DNA of 64,000 nucleotides from Escherichia coli (GTDB lineage Bacteria; Pseudomonadota; Gammaproteobacteria; Enterobacterales; Enterobacteriaceae): NCBI RefSeq assembly GCF_001677475.2, contig NZ_CP015229.1; one strand, 5' to 3'. Shown piece by piece: positions 61,091 to 64,000 of this stretch (position 1 is its first letter; each line of letters starts with the position of its first letter). The notes under the pieces were generated by a model. It saw only the letters and a program-made list of their open reading frames with translations, ran no database searches and was not told where the DNA came from. The position numbers and the translations under genes were made by a program.

Positions 61091-62296
61091 TTATTGCGGC
61101 GACAGTCTCAGCGACTCAACAACCTCAATCCAGCCATGCTCACTGGCGATGTTCTGCCCGTTCAGCCAGCGGCGCAGCATATTCAGTGCCATCATTGCGC
61201 ACACTTCCTGACGGATAGCCAGGCTGTAGCGCGTAGTGCTGAAACGCACACGCAGAGCGAAAGTGCCGTCTGGTGTGGCTAGCGCAAAGTTGAGATGTTC
61301 GTTCTCGAAACCAGAAACAGCCAGTGCCAGCCCGGCAAAATGGTTGGCCCGCCGTTCTGTAATCCAGTGTGCAGTTTGCGCCAGAGTTTCTTCCTGTGAA
61401 GGAACCACTTCACATGCCAGTAATGGCGCACCTGCGCGCGAGAGTTGCAAAGCCAATAAACCACCGGTGAATTGCTCACTTAACGTCAGGCTGAACTGGC
61501 GACTTTGCAGTTCGCGACTGATTTGTGCAGGCAGTCCTTCTGTGCCTTCGAAAATCATGCTTTGCCCGGCGACGCGTTTAACGTCCAGCCACAGTTTTTC
61601 CATCGCCTGTTGCTCGCTTGCCGGTCCAGTGAGTTTCAGTTCAATAATCGGCATGGAAGAGCGATAGCCCATCGTCACACCTGGCGGCAGTTGCAACACA
61701 TCCAGGCTTTGTGCCAGATCGCTTTCCGAACGACCAAAAGTGGTCAGCCGCAGGCAAACCGGCGGCTGCGGCAAAGAAAAACGCTCGCGCAGGCGCGGCA
61801 GGATTTCATGCTCGACCATCACCTTAAACTCCGACGGTACGCCGGGGGTAAAGAATATCAGGCAACGGTTAAGCTGCACGGCAAAACCACAAGCGGTGCC
61901 TACCGGGTTATTGATAAATTCAGCACTGGCTGGCAGCTCCGCCTGTTTGCGGTTGCTCGGCGCCATTACGCGACCACGTTCGCGGAAATAGCGTTCCATC
62001 TCATTGAGCCATGCTTCATGAAGAACCAGGTTTTCACCTTTGGCTGTCGCTGCGGCGAGTGCGCTTAAATCATCACTGGTCGGCCCCAGTCCGCCATTGA
62101 CGATCAGCACATCGGCGTGCTGACTACGTTCGCGCAGAATGGTGACTAAGTCATCAAGGTTATCCCCCACCGTATTGCGGCGAGATAATGGCAACCCCTG
62201 ATGAAAGAAAAAATCGGCCAGCCAGGCAGCGTTAGTGTCAACGATTTGCCCGTGTAACACTTCATCCCCGGTGGATAGCATTTCCACTTTTAACAT
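61091..62296 (-). CDS. yfaY: CinA-like protein (MoCF-binding plus CinA domain)
   Basis: 401 aa ORF starting MLKVEMLSTGDEVLHGQIVDTNAAWLADFF. Confidence 0.9.
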   Translation of the reverse strand: MLKVEMLSTGDEVLHGQIVDTNAAWLADFFFHQGLPLSRRNTVGDNLDDLVTILRERSQHADVLIVNGGLGPTSDDLSALAAATAKGENLVLHEAWLNEMERYFRERGRVMAPSNRKQAELPASAEFINNPVGTACGFAVQLNRCLIFFTPGVPSEFKVMVEHEILPRLRERFSLPQPPVCLRLTTFGRSESDLAQSLDVLQLPPGVTMGYRSSMPIIELKLTGPASEQQAMEKLWLDVKRVAGQSMIFEGTEGLPAQISRELQSRQFSLTLSEQFTGGLLALQLSRAGAPLLACEVVPSQEETLAQTAHWITERRANHFAGLALAVSGFENEHLNFALATPDGTFALRVRFSTTRYSLAIRQEVCAMMALNMLRRWLNGQNIASEHGWIEVVESLRLSPQ

Positions 62297-62395
62297 GGTT
62301 ATCTCCTGCTTTTGTTATCGAATCACTATAACGCAAAGGGAGATAAGGCGTAGTAAGAAACTGAATGGCGCGGCAGAATGCCGCGCCGGAAGGGA

Positions 62396-62938
62396 TCAGA
62401 AACTGGCGTTAACCCCCACATACGGGCCGTCAGCCACGGCGTTGTCGCGGTTACCGTCTTTACCCGACAGATTCAGGTAGCGATAACCCGCCTCAATACT
62501 GACTGGACGTATAATGGTGTAACGCGCGCCAGCATTCGCTTCCTCATAACTTTGAATACCGCTGGAGAGCGAATCCGGAGAGTAGTAATACTCGCCAAAC
62601 AAACGGAAGCTGTTGCCAATTTTCCACTGCAAACCACCTCCTACCGCTGCGGCATAACCTTCATCGCCGTAATTCGGGTTGGTGTAAACGCCTTTTCCGC
62701 CAACGGTCGCCATTAACGGCCCGAGAGGCAGATTCAACCCCAGCCCCACGCCCGCGACGTCACCGTCGTCGTCGTTATGTGTCCAGTTACCGCTTAACGC
62801 CAGGCCCGTCGATTCAGTCCCAAAACCGACACCAATATTGGTGTATTCTTTACCCGCCTGACCGCTGATGCTCATTGCATTGACCGATGCAGAAACCAAC
62901 AGCATTCCGGCCAGACCTGCTAGCGCAATTTTTTTCAT
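62396..62938 (-). CDS. yfaZ: outer membrane protein YfaZ
   Basis: Start at MKKIALAGLAGMLLVSASVNA signal peptide; beta-barrel-like with C-terminal aromatic; track N-terminal extension rejected. Confidence 0.88.
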   Translation of the reverse strand: MKKIALAGLAGMLLVSASVNAMSISGQAGKEYTNIGVGFGTESTGLALSGNWTHNDDDGDVAGVGLGLNLPLGPLMATVGGKGVYTNPNYGDEGYAAAVGGGLQWKIGNSFRLFGEYYYSPDSLSSGIQSYEEANAGARYTIIRPVSIEAGYRYLNLSGKDGNRDNAVADGPYVGVNASF

Positions 62939-63216
62939 TATCCCCTTTCCCACAAGCAATTAATCAAAATTCCCAAAGCTGCGGGATTGTACTGCCTGGC
63001 ACAGAGGATTCAATGAGCGAAAAAAGGGATCTAGTCACTTATTGTAACTAAATACTTCTTAAATAATTAAACGCCGAAAAAATAAACACACTTTATCGAT
63101 ACACACAAAAATAATAATAAGTACAGTTATCATCGCAAAAGAGATTACTGTCACTTTCACATATTTCTGAGTTACCGTATTCTCATGGTTTCTTTTAATT
63201 TATAAGGAATACCCCT

Positions 63217-63642
63217 GTGCGACAACGGACTATTGTATGCCCTTTGATTCAAAATGATGGTGCTTATTTGCTGTGTAAAATGGCCGACGATCGCGGCGTT
63301 TTCCCCGGTCAATGGGCGCTTTCGGGTGGCGGCGTGGAGTCTGGCGAACGAATTGAAGAGGCACTACGCCGCGAAATTCGCGAAGAACTGGGAGAACAGC
63401 TGCTTTTGACAGAAATCACGCCGTGGACCTTCAGCGATGATATTCGCACCAAGACGTATGCAGATGGTCGCAAGGAAGAGATTTATATGATTTACCTGAT
63501 TTTTGACTGCGTTTCTGCCAACCGAGAAGTGAAAATAAACGAAGAGTTTCAGGACTACGCGTGGGTAAAACCTGAAGATCTGGTGCATTATGATTTGAAT
63601 GTTGCCACCCGAAAAACGTTACGTTTGAAAGGTCTTCTTTAA
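63217..63642 (+). CDS. nudI: Nudix hydrolase NudI
   Basis: 141 aa ORF, GTG start, Nudix box [24 protein letters not shown]. Confidence 0.92.
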   Translation: MRQRTIVCPLIQNDGAYLLCKMADDRGVFPGQWALSGGGVESGERIEEALRREIREELGEQLLLTEITPWTFSDDIRTKTYADGRKEEIYMIYLIFDCVSANREVKINEEFQDYAWVKPEDLVHYDLNVATRKTLRLKGLL

Positions 63643-63680
63643 CAATGATGACAGCCATCACTGGCTGTCAGATTGAAAAT

Positions 63681-64000
63681 TTAGTGGTTAACGAATTCCC
63701 CATCCAGATAAACTTTGCCTTTTTCCACATGCATGACTAAACCATCCAGATAATCAGGTTTAAATGTCGCATCACGCTTATCTTTAGCAATATATGTTAG
63801 GCAATGATTATGGGTAAAAATAACGATATTTTTATCAGGTGCTTTTCTTTGTAAGTCTTTAATTGCACTATAAATCTCATTACCGCATTGAAGAAGTCGT
63901 TTATCTACCGTCAGCTTTTTACCCGCTGAAAACCAGGTCGCCGACTGAATGGTCCGGACGGTATTACTGGAATAAAGATCGAAATCAGGGATATCAGCGC
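63681..64000 (-). CDS. ais: probable ais (LPS core heptose(II)-phosphate phosphatase), 3' portion only; continues beyond window
   Basis: Open minus-strand frame ending ...[21 protein letters not shown] at 63681; gene order after nudI; not in ORF track because its start lies outside the window. Confidence 0.5.
   Translation of the reverse strand, partial: ADIPDFDLYSSNTVRTIQSATWFSAGKKLTVDKRLLQCGNEIYSAIKDLQRKAPDKNIVIFTHNHCLTYIAKDKRDATFKPDYLDGLVMHVEKGKVYLDGEFVNH

Overview
This window is a contiguous stretch of an Escherichia coli-type chromosome, recognised from protein N-termini in the ORF track and from gene order. It runs from the 3'-truncated ccmF through the nap-ccm operon (minus strand), eco, mqo, yojI, alkB-ada, apbE, ompC with divergent micF, rcsD-rcsB and convergent rcsC, atoSC-atoDAEB, gyrA, ubiG, yfaL, nrdAB-yfaE, inaA, glpTQ and glpABC, yfaY, yfaZ, nudI and the start of ais. 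Almost all of it is ordinary core genome. Three places differ from the K-12 layout as I recall it and are the accessory content: (1) an AT-rich single-gene islet between the yfaH remnant and glpQ carrying an uncharacterised ~356 aa ORF with no recognisable motifs, which is the best candidate for something undescribed; (2) a four-gene chaperone-usher fimbrial operon between glpC and yfaY, where K-12 has the yfaD/rhm genes; (3) only a short 3' remnant of a gene between atoB and gyrA, where K-12 has the yfaP-yfaQ-yfaS-yfaT-yfaA locus. No tRNA, rRNA, CRISPR array, IS element or integrase was seen. All comparisons to K-12 are from memory and were not verified by alignment.
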